42,831 bases of DNA from an uncultured Frankiaceae bacterium. Its GTDB lineage: Bacteria > Actinomycetota > Actinomycetes > BP-191. The stretch is taken from the NCBI GenBank assembly GCA_967749945.1, contig CBQZLL010000001.1, positions 1 to 42,831 on the forward strand. Direction: 5' to 3'. The stretch's first letter is position 1, and each line of letters opens with the position of its first letter. A program made the position numbers and the translations under genes. A model generated the notes under the pieces. The model saw nothing but the letters and a program-made list of their open reading frames with translations, was not told where the DNA came from and made no database searches. Shown here piece after piece: positions 29,407-38,535 of this stretch.

Positions 29407-30649
29407 CCGCGAGGTAGCCGAGTGCCGTGAGGCCGTAGCCGACCGAGATCACGGTGAGGACGGCGTAGGACTTGCCGGAGTTCGGCAGCAGCACCGTCGC
29501 GACGACCGCGGCCGAGACGAACGTGACGTTGAAGAGGATGTCGTAGAACGCGAACACCCGGCCGCGGTACGCGTCCGCGACGGTCTCCTGCACGATCGTG
29601 TCGACGCAGATCTTCGAGCCCTGCGCGACCAGCCCGAGCAGCAGCGCGGCGGCGAGGAACGCGGGCTGCGTATACGGGAAGCCGAACGCGATCTCGACGA
29701 CGCACGCGCCCGCGAGCACCGCGACGATCCACGCGTCCTTGCCGATCCGCCGCGCTGCTGCCGGCGTCACGAACGCCGCGATCAGGACGCCGATCGCCGA
29801 CGCCGCGAGCACCTGCCCGAGCCCGTCGAGCCCGGCGCGGAAGAAGCCGCGGTCGTGGAAGTAGTTGCGGTACAGCAGCAACGTCGCGACCGTCGAGAGG
29901 CCGTAGAAGAAGCGGTGCGCGGAGATGGCGAGCAGCGCGTACGCGGGCGTTCGCTTGCGCCAGACGTGCCGCGCGCCCGCGGCGATGCCGCCGAGGACCG
30001 CGCGCAACGCGTCGCCCGTCGACACCCGCTCGTCGTCCGGGTCGGGTCCGAGCAGGTCGACGTCGAGCCGGGATGCGACCCACGCCGACCCGAGGTAGAG
30101 GACGCCCGCCGCGAGGACGACGTACGCGTCGCCGGCCACGCTGTTGACGGCGTACCCGATGCCGCCACCGACGACGGCCATCACGGTGCCGGACGTCGTG
30201 GACACCGAGTTCGCGAGCACGAGCCGGCCCGGGCGGACGACGTGCGGCAGGGACGCCGACAACGAGGAGAGGAAGAACCGGTTGACGCTGAGCACCGCGA
30301 GCGCGGCGACGTAGAACGCCGGGCTCTCGACGCCGTTCGCGACGAGACCCGCGACGAGCACGATCAGCGCGGCGCGGACGAGGTTGGCGCGGACGAGGAT
30401 CGTCTGCCGCCGCCACCGGTCGATGAAGACTCCGGCGAACGGTCCGACCACCGAGTACGGCAGCAGCAAGGTCGCGAAACCGGCCGCGGTCCGCCCTGCC
30501 GTCGCCTGCTTCTCCGGGGAGAACAACACGAAGCTCGCGAGCGCGACCTGGAACACGCCGTCGGCCGCCTGGCCGAGCAAACGGGTGGCGTAGAGCCGTC
30601 CGAAGTGCGGTTCGCGCAGGACCGCACGGAGGTCCGTGGCGAAGGGCAC
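29363..30649 (-). CDS. MFS transporter
   Basis: The track ORF 29363..31039 is over-extended. GTG at 30649 gives VPFATDLRAVLREPHFGRLYATRLLGQAADGVF..., followed by about 12 hydrophobic helices and FIDRWRRQ in loop 2-3. An alternative start is ATG 30685. Confidence 0.8.
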   Translation of the reverse strand: MPFATDLRAVLREPHFGRLYATRLLGQAADGVFQVALASFVLFSPEKQATAGRTAAGFATLLLPYSVVGPFAGVFIDRWRRQTILVRANLVRAALIVLVAGLVANGVESPAFYVAALAVLSVNRFFLSSLSASLPHVVRPGRLVLANSVSTTSGTVMAVVGGGIGYAVNSVAGDAYVVLAAGVLYLGSAWVASRLDVDLLGPDPDDERVSTGDALRAVLGGIAAGARHVWRKRTPAYALLAISAHRFFYGLSTVATLLLYRNYFHDRGFFRAGLDGLGQVLAASAIGVLIAAFVTPAAARRIGKDAWIVAVLAGACVVEIAFGFPYTQPAFLAAALLLGLVAQGSKICVDTIVQETVADAYRGRVFAFYDILFNVTFVSAAVVATVLLPNSGKSYAVLTVISVGYGLTALGYLAVTTGSGRSRPAASR

Positions 30650-30710
30650 CCCGCAAGATGACCACAAGGGGCCATAGCCGCGCATCCTGCCGCGGCGCAC
30701 CATCCCGAGC

Positions 30711-31259
30711 ATGGACCGCGACCGCCGGCTGCGCACCGCTCTCATGCCGTACCAGCCGCGGCTGCTGCACGACGTCCTGGACAGCCTCGACGTCGCCGTC
30801 GTCGTGCTCGACGAAACGTCCCGAATCCTTGCCGGCAACGTCGCCGCGTCGCAGCTCCTCGGCGTCCGGCGCGGGCGTCGTTCGGGCGACGGTCCGTATG
30901 CCTCGGTCCTCTCCATCGCCGACGAGGACGGTCGCGACGTCGACGTCGTCGACTTCCCGAAGTGGCGGCTGCGGGCCGTCCGCGGCGAGACGATCGTGCT
31001 CAAGGTGACCCGCGAGGACGGCACCGTGCGCTGGTGCACGGCGACCGCGCAGACCGTGACGGACGATCTCGGCGACGCAGAGGCGGTCGTCTGCCGCTAC
31101 GCCGACGTCACCGCCCGCCGCGACCTCGAACGCCGTGCCTCCGTCGCTGCCGACCACGCCGCGCGCGCCGAGATCGACCTCGTCGCGGCCGAGCAGCGCG
31201 CCGCGATCCTCGAGGAGCTGCTCGTCCAGCTCGCCACCCGCGCGGTCCCGACCGGCTGA
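30711..31259 (+). CDS. Stand-alone PAS-domain protein
   Basis: 182-aa ORF with a PAS-like pattern: LLHDVLDSLDVAVVVLDETSRILAGNVAASQLLG...GETIVLKVTREDGTVRWCTATAQTVTDDLG..AVVCRYADVT. No output domain. Confidence 0.6.
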   Translation: MDRDRRLRTALMPYQPRLLHDVLDSLDVAVVVLDETSRILAGNVAASQLLGVRRGRRSGDGPYASVLSIADEDGRDVDVVDFPKWRLRAVRGETIVLKVTREDGTVRWCTATAQTVTDDLGDAEAVVCRYADVTARRDLERRASVAADHAARAEIDLVAAEQRAAILEELLVQLATRAVPTG

Positions 31260-31268
31260 CTCCCGGCC

Positions 31269-32315
31269 TCAGCCGGCGGCGAGGCGGGTGGCGGCGAGGC
31301 GTTCGGCGGCCTCCTCGGTGCTGATGCCGGCGGCATCCGCGTCGCGGTAGATGTGCGTCAGCGCGTCGCCGATCCCGACCAGGCCGCGTTCGACCTGCTC
31401 GGCGGTCCAGCCGAGCGCTTCGTACCCGATCAGGTGGATCGCGCCGCCGCCGTTGATGACGAAGTCCGGCGCGTAGAGGATCCCGGCCGCGCGGAGCGCC
31501 TCGCCGTCGCGGTGGTTGTCGGCGAGCGGGTTGTTCGCGGCGCCGGCGACGATGCGGCAGCGCAGCCGCGGGATCGTCGTCGCGTCGAGGACGCCACCCG
31601 TCGCGCACGGCGCGAACACGTCGCACTCGGTGTCGATGTCCGAGGTGGGCGCGACGACCTCGACGCCGAGCCGGTCGTACAGCGACTCGACCCGGTCCAG
31701 AGCCACGTCGCTGACGATCACGTGCGCGCCCGCCTTGACCAGCAGCTCGGAGAGCGGCTCGCCGACCGCGCCCGCGCCCTGCACGAGCACCCGCTTGCCG
31801 GTGAGGTCCGGCGAGCCGTACACGTGCGCGACGCTGGCGACGATCCCGTGGAAGACCCCGACCGCGGTGTCGGGCGCGCTGCTGCCGCTGCCACCGTTCG
31901 CGACGCTGCGGCCGAACGCGTACGGCGTCACCTCCGACAGCGTGTCCATGTCGGCGGAGTTCGTGTTCATGTCCGGGCCGGTGCGGTAGCGGCCGCCGAG
32001 CAGGTCGACGTTGCGCGCGTGGCGCAGCAGCAGGTCGCGCCGGGTCGCCAGGTCGAGCTCGCCGGGCACCGCGAGGACCGACTTGCCCCCGCCCATCGGC
32101 AGGCCGGCGACCGCCATCTTCAACGTCATCGCCTCGGCCAGCCGGCAGGCGTCGGCCAGCCCGTCGCCGGCCGAGGCGTACGTCTTCAGCCGGGTGCCGC
32201 CCGCGGCCGGACCGAGCCGGGTCGAGTGCACGGCGATGAAGAGGTAGGCGCCGGACGGCTCGTCGTACGCCGTCAGCGCGAACTCGCCACCCCACCGCCG
32301 CAGCACGTCGTCCAC
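31269..32315 (-). CDS. Glu/Leu/Phe/Val dehydrogenase family enzyme (valine/leucine dehydrogenase-like)
   Basis: The track ORF 31269..32555 is over-extended. GTG at 32315 gives VDDVLRRWGGEFALTAYDEPSGAYLFIAVHSTRLGPAAGGTRL..., GLPMGGGKSVL (catalytic Lys) and VLVQGAGAVGEPL (NAD-binding). 348 aa. Confidence 0.85.
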   Translation of the reverse strand: MDDVLRRWGGEFALTAYDEPSGAYLFIAVHSTRLGPAAGGTRLKTYASAGDGLADACRLAEAMTLKMAVAGLPMGGGKSVLAVPGELDLATRRDLLLRHARNVDLLGGRYRTGPDMNTNSADMDTLSEVTPYAFGRSVANGGSGSSAPDTAVGVFHGIVASVAHVYGSPDLTGKRVLVQGAGAVGEPLSELLVKAGAHVIVSDVALDRVESLYDRLGVEVVAPTSDIDTECDVFAPCATGGVLDATTIPRLRCRIVAGAANNPLADNHRDGEALRAAGILYAPDFVINGGGAIHLIGYEALGWTAEQVERGLVGIGDALTHIYRDADAAGISTEEAAERLAATRLAAG

Positions 32316-32332
32316 GGCCGGAGACCGTACCG

Positions 32333-32623
32333 TCAGCGGGCGCCCAGCTCCCACTCGCCGTCGATCCACTGCACGTCGTCGCCGAGCAGTGGCTGCATCT
32401 TGGTGCGCCACCAGTCGTCTTGCTTCGGGTTGTCGGCGAGCGCGACGTACTCGGCCTTGCTGGCGAACCGGACGATCGACACGACGGTCTCGCCGTCGTC
32501 TCCGACGAGGATGTCCTGCCCGACGAAGCCCTTGGCCGGGTACTCGGCCTCCCACTCCTTCTCGATCTGGCGCAGGTCCTCGAGGCTGCCCTTGAGCTTC
32601 GCGATCATGACGGTGCCGTACAT
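32333..32623 (-). CDS. Small ABM/dimeric alpha-beta-barrel-like protein
   Basis: The track ORF 32333..32734 is over-extended. ATG at 32623 is preceded by GGGAGG. The 96-aa product begins MYGTVMIAKLKGSLEDLRQIEKEW...VVSIVRFASKAEY. The fold assignment is tentative. Confidence 0.5.
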   Translation of the reverse strand: MYGTVMIAKLKGSLEDLRQIEKEWEAEYPAKGFVGQDILVGDDGETVVSIVRFASKAEYVALADNPKQDDWWRTKMQPLLGDDVQWIDGEWELGAR

Positions 32624-32697
32624 GAAACCTCCCGATCGGTCGACTACCCCGACTCTGACCCGGGCCGGCCGGACACGTCCAGAGGCGTTGGTCAGGC

Positions 32698-33369
32698 CTA
32701 CGCCCCGTACGGCGGGCAGTCCCAGTACTGCCACCCGTTGAGCAGCAGATCGCCGTCGGTGTCGACGTGGACGACGGACGGCGGCAGCAGGTTGACGAGC
32801 GGCGCGAGGGCGATGAGGCCGGTGCAGACCGTCGGCTCGACGGCGAGGACGATCACCCTGACCAGGTCGAACACCTGGTTGGCCGCGTCGAAGGCCGTGC
32901 CGACGACGAGATCCAGCACGTCGAGGACGGGCTCCGGGAGGAGCTGGGTGGTCACGGCGATATCGCAGTCGGCGTGCGTCTCGCCGTCGACGACGACGTG
33001 GGTGCAGATCGAGATGACGTCGGTGGTCGAGGCGGTGTACTGCAGCTGGCCGACGAGGACGACGGCACCGGTACCGGACTGCGGTCCGGCCACCGGACCC
33101 ACGCTCACGCCGTTGATCGTGACCTCACACCACGCGGTGATGGAGTACGGCATCGGCACCGTGTTCGCCGAGCTGTCGGTGGCGACCACGATCGCCGCCA
33201 CTCCGCCGTTCCACACGTCCTGGCCGCCGAGCTGGCCACCGGGGGTCGTGTCGTTCAGCGTCACGAACGTGCACCCGCCGCGGTAGCTCGTGTGGGATGC
33301 GTGCGCCGCGATCGGCGCCGAGACGGTCAGCAGGCCGACCGCGAGGGTCGCCGCGAGGAGTCGCTTCAT
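32698..33369 (-). CDS. Secreted Cys-containing protein of unknown family (paralog 1)
   Basis: 223-aa ORF with the signal peptide MKRLLAATLAVGLLTVSAPIAAHA. The mature N-terminus is SHTSYRGGCTFVTLNDTTPGGQLGGQDVWNG and the C-terminus is WDCPPYGA. ATG is preceded by GGGAAGG. It aligns along its whole length with the upstream neighbour. Confidence 0.75.
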   Translation of the reverse strand: MKRLLAATLAVGLLTVSAPIAAHASHTSYRGGCTFVTLNDTTPGGQLGGQDVWNGGVAAIVVATDSSANTVPMPYSITAWCEVTINGVSVGPVAGPQSGTGAVVLVGQLQYTASTTDVISICTHVVVDGETHADCDIAVTTQLLPEPVLDVLDLVVGTAFDAANQVFDLVRVIVLAVEPTVCTGLIALAPLVNLLPPSVVHVDTDGDLLLNGWQYWDCPPYGA

Positions 33370-33404
33370 CTGGGCCTTCCCATGCCGGACCGAGGGGAAA
33401 GGGG

Positions 33405-33438
33405 CGAGGCCCGGCCCCCGTGCAGGGACCGGGCCTCG
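33405..33438 (-). terminator. Hairpin between the two paralogous secreted-protein genes
   Basis: cgaggcccgg (33405-33414) and ccgggcctcg (33429-33438) form a perfect 10-bp stem, 19 nt past the stop of the upstream paralog. On the minus strand it is followed by CCCCTTTCCCC. Confidence 0.5.
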
Positions 33439-33456
33439 GACGTGCCGCTAGCTAGG

Positions 33457-34179
33457 TCAGACGCCGTACGGCGGGCAGTCCCAGAACAGGTCGTAGTCCG
33501 GGTCGCTCGTGTCGGCACCCAGCGCCGCGAGAACGGCGCCACCGAGGTGGAGGTCGCCGTCGGAGTCGATGTGCGCGATTCCGGGCTGGTTCAGGCCGTT
33601 CACCGTGCCCTGCAGCGCCACGAGCGCGGTGCAGGTCACGAAGTCGGTCGGCTCGAAGACGAGCTGGTTGAGCAGGTCGTTCACGGTGTTCAGCGCGTCG
33701 ATCGCTGTGTTGATGACCATGTCGAGCAGGTCGATGACCGGCTGCGGGATGATCTGTGTGATCACGGCGTCGGTGCAGTTGCGGGTGGACTCACCGTCGA
33801 CCGTGACGTTGTCGCACAGCGACACGATGTCGGTTGTCGACGCGGTGAACTGGATCTGGCCGACCGCGGCGACGAAGCCGATGCCCGACTGCGGGCCGAG
33901 CACGGTGCCCTGGCTCACGCCGTTCACGAGGAGCTCGCAGAACGCGCTGATGGCGAACGGCTGCGGCACCTTGTTCGCCGAGCTGTCGGTGGCGATGATC
34001 TCCATGTCTACTTCGCCGTTCCACACGTCCTGGCCGCCGAGCTGGCCGCCGGGAGTCGTGTCGTTCAGCGTCGCGAAGCCGCAACCGCCGCGGTAGCTCG
34101 TGTGCGCGGCGTGCGCCGCGATCGGCGCCGAGACCGTGAGCATCCCGACCGCGAGCGTGGCCATGAGGAGCTTCTTCAA
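33457..34179 (-). CDS. Secreted Cys-containing protein of unknown family (paralog 2)
   Basis: 240-aa ORF. TTG start at 34179 is preceded by GAAGGAGGG. The signal peptide is MKKLLMATLAVGMLTVSAPIAAHA, the mature N-terminus is AHTSYRGGCGFATLNDTTPGGQLGGQDVWNG, and the C-terminus is WDCPPYGV. Confidence 0.75.
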   Translation of the reverse strand: MKKLLMATLAVGMLTVSAPIAAHAAHTSYRGGCGFATLNDTTPGGQLGGQDVWNGEVDMEIIATDSSANKVPQPFAISAFCELLVNGVSQGTVLGPQSGIGFVAAVGQIQFTASTTDIVSLCDNVTVDGESTRNCTDAVITQIIPQPVIDLLDMVINTAIDALNTVNDLLNQLVFEPTDFVTCTALVALQGTVNGLNQPGIAHIDSDGDLHLGGAVLAALGADTSDPDYDLFWDCPPYGV

Positions 34180-34337
34180 CGTGCCCTCCTTCTGGTGGAG
34201 CCGACGGCCTTGCCGTAGGGGCGAACCGTCGACGAGGGACTCCCACAGATCGGGAGAAACCGCCCAAACAGTCGTGAACGGTATGGGCGGTCAGGACGGG
34301 CCACAAGTAGCAGGCATCAGCCCCAAAACCTAACGAA

Positions 34338-34370
34338 AAGGCCCGGCTCCCTGACCGGGAGCCGGGCCTT
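34338..34370 (-). terminator. Rho-independent terminator of ino1
   Basis: aaggcccggctccc (34338-34351) and gggagccgggcctt (34357-34370) form a perfect 14-bp stem with a 5-nt loop. On the minus strand it is followed by TTTTCGTTAGGTTTTGGGG, 18 nt past the ino1 stop. Confidence 0.8.
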
Positions 34371-34388
34371 CACGAAATGGATGAGGCG

Positions 34389-35459
34389 TCACACCCCCGC
34401 GATGAACTCCTCGGTGAGCCGGCGGCACTCGTCGTCGCGGTACTGCTCCGGCGGCGACTTCATGAAGTACGAGGACGGCCCGAGCAGCGGGCCACCGATG
34501 CCGCGGTCCAGCGCGATCTTGCAGCAGCGCAGCGCGTCGATGACGACACCCGCGGAGTTGGGGCTGTCCCAGACCTCGAGCTTGTACTCGAGGTTGAGCG
34601 GCACGTCGCCGAACGCGCGACCCTCGAGGCGGACGTACGCCCACTTGCGGTCGTCGAGCCAGCCGACGTAGTCGGACGGGCCGATGTGCACGTTCCTCTT
34701 GCCGATGTCGTGGGAGAGCTGGCTCGTGACCGCCTGCGTCTTCGAGATCTTCTTCGACTCGAGGCGCTCGCGTTCGAGCATGTTCATGAAGTCCATGTTG
34801 CCGCCCACGTTGAGCTGCATCGTGCGGTCGAGGACGACACCGCGGTCCTCGAACAGCTTCGCCAGCACGCGGTGCGTGATCGTCGCGCCGACCTGGCTCT
34901 TGATGTCGTCGCCGACGATCGGGACGCCCGCGGCGCGGAACTTCTCCGCCCACTCCGGCGTGCCCGCGATGAACACCGGCAGGCAGTTGACGAAGCCGAC
35001 GCCCGCGTCGATGGCGCACTGCGCGTAGAAGCGCGCGGCGTCCTCGGAGCCGACCGGCAGGTAGCAGACGAGCACGTCCGCGTGCGCGTCGCGCAGCGCC
35101 TGGACGACGTCGACCGGGTCGGCGTCCGACTCGTCGATCATCTCGTGGTAGTACTTGCCGAGCCCGTCGAGGGTGTGGCCGCGCTGCACCTCGACGTTCA
35201 GCGGCGGCACGTCCGCGAACGTGATGGTGTTGTTCTCGCTCGCGGCAATGGCCTCGGAGAGGTCACGGCCGACCTTCTTGCCGTCGACGTCGAACGCGGC
35301 GACGAACTCGATGTCGCGGACGTGGTAGCCACCGACCGCGACGTTCATGAGCCCGGGGACCCGCGTGTCCGGGTCCGCGTTCCGGTAGTACTCGACGCCC
35401 TGGACGAGCGACGAGGCGCAGTTGCCGACGCCGACGATGGCGACGCGTACCGAGCCCAT
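34389..35459 (-). CDS. ino1: myo-Inositol-1-phosphate synthase
   Basis: The track ORF 34389..35519 is slightly over-extended. ATG at 35459 is preceded by GGGAG. The product begins [25 protein letters not shown] and contains ...[17 protein letters not shown]...[11 protein letters not shown]...SKKISKT, the typical actinobacterial Ino1. 356 aa. Confidence 0.93.
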   Translation of the reverse strand: MGSVRVAIVGVGNCASSLVQGVEYYRNADPDTRVPGLMNVAVGGYHVRDIEFVAAFDVDGKKVGRDLSEAIAASENNTITFADVPPLNVEVQRGHTLDGLGKYYHEMIDESDADPVDVVQALRDAHADVLVCYLPVGSEDAARFYAQCAIDAGVGFVNCLPVFIAGTPEWAEKFRAAGVPIVGDDIKSQVGATITHRVLAKLFEDRGVVLDRTMQLNVGGNMDFMNMLERERLESKKISKTQAVTSQLSHDIGKRNVHIGPSDYVGWLDDRKWAYVRLEGRAFGDVPLNLEYKLEVWDSPNSAGVVIDALRCCKIALDRGIGGPLLGPSSYFMKSPPEQYRDDECRRLTEEFIAGV

Positions 35460-35496
35460 GTGGTGCTCCCTTTGCTTCGGTCGTTCCGGTCGGTGG

Positions 35497-36027
35497 TCAG
35501 GCTTGCTTGGTGCGTTCACTGGCGATGAGCTCGTTGAGCCAGCGAACCTCGCGTTCGACGGACTCGAGTCCGTGCTCCTGCAGCGCGAGCGTGTACGCGT
35601 CGAGCTTCTCCCGCGTCCGCGTCAGGCCCGCCCGGAACCCGGCCGAGCGCTCCTCGAGCCGGTTGCGCCGGCCCTCGAGGATCCGCAGCCGCGTGTTCGC
35701 GTCGGTCTGCGCGAAGAACGCGAAGTGCACGCCGAACGTCTCGTCCTCCCACTGGGAGGGCCCGCCCTCGGCGAGCAGTTCCTGGAAGTGCTCCTTGCCT
35801 TCGGCCGTCAGCTTGTAGACGACCTTCGCGCGGCGGCTGGGACCGACGACACCGCTGGCGTCCTTGGTGATCCAGCCGTTGGCGTCCATGCGGTTGAGGC
35901 ACGGATAGAGCGAGCCGTACGAGAACGCGCGGAAGTGGCCGAGCATGAGGCTGAGCCGCTTGCGGAGCTCGTAGCCGTGCAGCGGGCTCTCGTGCAGGAG
36001 GCCGAGGATGGCGAACTCCAGTACCAT
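35497..36027 (-). CDS. PadR-family transcriptional regulator
   Basis: 176-aa ORF starting [25 protein letters not shown]...[19 protein letters not shown], a winged-helix PadR signature, with a long C-terminal helical domain. It lies directly upstream of ino1. Confidence 0.9.
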   Translation of the reverse strand: MVLEFAILGLLHESPLHGYELRKRLSLMLGHFRAFSYGSLYPCLNRMDANGWITKDASGVVGPSRRAKVVYKLTAEGKEHFQELLAEGGPSQWEDETFGVHFAFFAQTDANTRLRILEGRRNRLEERSAGFRAGLTRTREKLDAYTLALQEHGLESVEREVRWLNELIASERTKQA

Positions 36028-36051
36028 GCCCAGCCACCTCCTCGGGAGTCC

Positions 36052-36121
36052 GCTCGATACATCGCGTGGATGTATCGGCTCGATATATCGGACCCTAGGT
36101 CGTTCACCTCGCGTTCGTCAA
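36052..36121 (-). promoter_or_regulatory. Candidate padR promoter with palindromic operator sites
   Basis: Minus strand: TTGACG (36121-36116), an 18-nt spacer, then TAGGGT (36097-36092). Next come the palindrome CGATATATCG (36081-36090) and the inverted repeat CGATACATC-n5-GATGTATCG (36055-36077), upstream of GGAGG and the padR ATG at 36027. Confidence 0.5.
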
Positions 36122-36186
36122 CTCGACACGCCACATCTGCTTGCGTTCGGAGTGGCGCGGGCTCGCGCGTCGGAGCCTTTTCCGGC

Positions 36187-38010
36187 TCAGCACGCCCGGT
36201 TGGCATCCGGGCCGTACGTCGGCGCCGGGACCCGGTCCGGTGTTCCGTCCGCGAGCAGCTTCTCGCCCCAGAGCAGGTGGCCGTTGCCGCCGTCGAGCAC
36301 GACGACCGTGCTGCCCTCCCCCCCGCTCACGACGCTGACGACCACGTCGGAGCAGCGGTCCCCGGTCATCTCGGCGTCCTGGATGCTGTCGAACGGGACC
36401 AGGCCGCTCTCGACCGCGTCCGGCCCGCGCAGTGTCGTCTTCCACAGCGGCGAGCCGGTGTCACCCTGGACACCGAGGATCGGCAGGCGGTCCGCTCCGT
36501 CCTGGAGTGCCTGGACGAAGTCGGTGCCGGCGCCGTCCAGCGCGTGCCGGACCGGTGCCGACACAGGCGTCGAGTGCAACGGCTCCCAGGTGGCGCCGTC
36601 GATGCCACCGCCGATCGTCGTACGCACGCCGGTGTCACGGTCGGTGAGCGCCAGGCCGAAGGTGACGTCGGCGATGCCGTCGCGTTGCACGTCGCTGATC
36701 GTGAAGTGTCCGGTTCCCCGGTACCGCTGGGGCAGCGCCAGCGCGTGCGCGCTCGCGTGCAGCAGCCGGCCGTCGTCGGCGTACGAGCGGAACCCGAGCC
36801 CCCACACGCCCTGGTCGTTGCGGAAGTCGACCGCGACGACGTCGTCCCGACCGTTGCCGTCGACGTCGCCGAGCGGCACCGTGAAGGCGCCCGCGCCGCG
36901 CCAGCGCTCGGCCCCGTCCGCCCCGGACAGTACGGCGAACCGCGCCGCCGCGTAGTCGGCGACGGCGAGGTCGGCGAGGCCGTCCCCGCTCACGTCGCCG
37001 GCTCTCCAGACCGCCGCGGTACCCATCGAGAGCTCGTCCCGCACCACCCACAGGGGGTGGCTGTCGACCGCCCGGTACGCCGAGACCAGGTCCTCCGGGC
37101 CGAGGAAGACGGCGTCCCCGAGCCCATCGCCGGACAGGTCGGGGACCGGCCACGGGATCGCCCCCAGCTGTGGCGGTCCGACCGGTCCGATCGCCCCGGT
37201 CGCGCCGTCGATCAGCTGGGCCTGACCGACCAGACCAAGCACGGTGACGCTCGTCAGGAGCAGGTCGTCCGCCGGCCCTGGCGCCGCGTCGTAGGCGTCG
37301 ACGGCGAACGTGAACGCCGGCTCGACCAGGCCGAGCGTGGACGCGTCGTACGCGGCTACCGACGGGAAGGACCGTTCCCAGGCCGTCGCGCCGGAGTCGT
37401 CGATTCCGAGGAACCGCGTGGTCTCTCCGTACAGCGGCGCGGCCGCCGGCGTGAACTCCAGGCACTCCACGAGGAGTCCCGGCGTCCCGGTCGGCCCGAC
37501 CTTGCCGGGCTTCAGGTGAACGGCGCCGGGGAACGACCGGCGCCACAGCACGGCACCGTCGCGGCCGCGGTGGGCCACCAGCTCGGTGCTGGCGAAGTAC
37601 GGCGCGGCGACCTCGTAGGTGCGGCGCATCGTCACGACGTCGGCCCGCCCGTCGCCGTCGAAGTCACCCACCGGGAAGCCGTAGAGGACCGTCTGGGTCG
37701 GAGTACCGGTCACCGCCGCGGGTGCCGTCGGCTCGGCACCGCCCAGACCCGCCGCGGCCGCGTCGAGGATCTCCGTCCGGACCGCGCGACCGTCGTGCGG
37801 CCGGGTCAGGAGCACGTCCTGAAGCCGCCGTACGGCAGCCGCGACCACCGGGCCGGCTTCGCCACCGAGCACCCCGTCGCGAACGGTCCACGAGCCGGAC
37901 ACCACGGCACCCGGCCGAGCCGGTGCCCCCGTCGTCCGCGCTCCGACCGGACCGATCGGGACGGTAGCCAAGACCGCGGCGACCAGCGCGATGAGGCGGT
38001 GTGCCGCCAT
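36187..38010 (-). CDS. Secreted FG-GAP/VCBS-repeat beta-propeller protein
   Basis: The track ORF 36187..38064 is slightly over-extended. ATG at 38010 is preceded by GGAAGGAG. The signal peptide is MAAHRLIALVAAVLATVPIGPVGA. DxDGDG-type repeats recur (VGDFDGDGRADVV, PDLSGDGLGDAVF, AGDVSGDGLADLAV, LGDVDGNGRDDVVAV, ISDVQRDGIADVTF). Confidence 0.8.
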   Translation of the reverse strand: MAAHRLIALVAAVLATVPIGPVGARTTGAPARPGAVVSGSWTVRDGVLGGEAGPVVAAAVRRLQDVLLTRPHDGRAVRTEILDAAAAGLGGAEPTAPAAVTGTPTQTVLYGFPVGDFDGDGRADVVTMRRTYEVAAPYFASTELVAHRGRDGAVLWRRSFPGAVHLKPGKVGPTGTPGLLVECLEFTPAAAPLYGETTRFLGIDDSGATAWERSFPSVAAYDASTLGLVEPAFTFAVDAYDAAPGPADDLLLTSVTVLGLVGQAQLIDGATGAIGPVGPPQLGAIPWPVPDLSGDGLGDAVFLGPEDLVSAYRAVDSHPLWVVRDELSMGTAAVWRAGDVSGDGLADLAVADYAAARFAVLSGADGAERWRGAGAFTVPLGDVDGNGRDDVVAVDFRNDQGVWGLGFRSYADDGRLLHASAHALALPQRYRGTGHFTISDVQRDGIADVTFGLALTDRDTGVRTTIGGGIDGATWEPLHSTPVSAPVRHALDGAGTDFVQALQDGADRLPILGVQGDTGSPLWKTTLRGPDAVESGLVPFDSIQDAEMTGDRCSDVVVSVVSGGEGSTVVVLDGGNGHLLWGEKLLADGTPDRVPAPTYGPDANRAC

Positions 38011-38113
38011 GCTGCGCTCCTTCCGGGAGACGAATGGTGCACCTGAGAGATCCCCGGACAGCACGTGGGGTTCGCCTGCCGGACACTCCCGGTCACCCGC
38101 TAGCCTTGATGGC

Positions 38114-38518
38114 GTGTTACGAACGCAGCGCGCGCTGGTCGACTACGGGCTGGCCCGGCGCGCGACGCTGCTCGACCTCTTCTCCGGCCGCGCGTCGGTC
38201 ATGGACGTGTGCGACGCGCACCCGTACCTGCTGCGGGCGGCCAAGTACCACGGCGAGGCGACCGAGACGCCCTGTCCGGTGTGCAAGAAGGGGCCGTTGA
38301 TCCACGTCACGTACACCTACGGCGACGCGTTCCGGGACACGTCCGGGCGGGTCCGCGCGACCGCCGAGCTGGCCGCGCTGGAGCGGCAGTACGCCGAGTT
38401 CACCGTGTACGTCGTCGAGGTCTGTCGCGACTGCGCGTGGAACCACCTGGTGTCGAGCTACGTCCTCGGCACCGACGGGCTCCGCGCGCGTCGCAGCGGT
38501 TCGCGCTCGTCCGGGTAG
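38114..38518 (+). CDS. Conserved actinobacterial Cys4 protein (DUF5318-like, assignment from memory)
   Basis: In frame with track ORF 37991..38518. GTG at 38114 gives VLRTQRALVDYGLARRATLLDLFSG...CDAHPYLLRAAKYHG...CPVCKKG...VCRDCAWNH. It lies upstream of the class A PBP. Confidence 0.55.
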   Translation: MLRTQRALVDYGLARRATLLDLFSGRASVMDVCDAHPYLLRAAKYHGEATETPCPVCKKGPLIHVTYTYGDAFRDTSGRVRATAELAALERQYAEFTVYVVEVCRDCAWNHLVSSYVLGTDGLRARRSGSRSSG

Positions 38519-38535
38519 GGCAGCATTCCCTCACG

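Noticed and set aside
28788-31157. 789-aa minus-strand ORF spanning the lipoprotein 3' end, the MFS gene and the PAS gene
   Set aside because: It is a shadow frame. The MFS frame on the same strand shows about 12 TM helices, whereas this frame is Arg/Pro/Gly-rich.
35422-38046. 874-aa plus-strand ORF across padR and the FG-GAP gene
   Set aside because: It is antisense to genes with clear signatures (PadR winged helix, FG-GAP repeats). Its composition is low-complexity and Arg/Gly/Val-rich.
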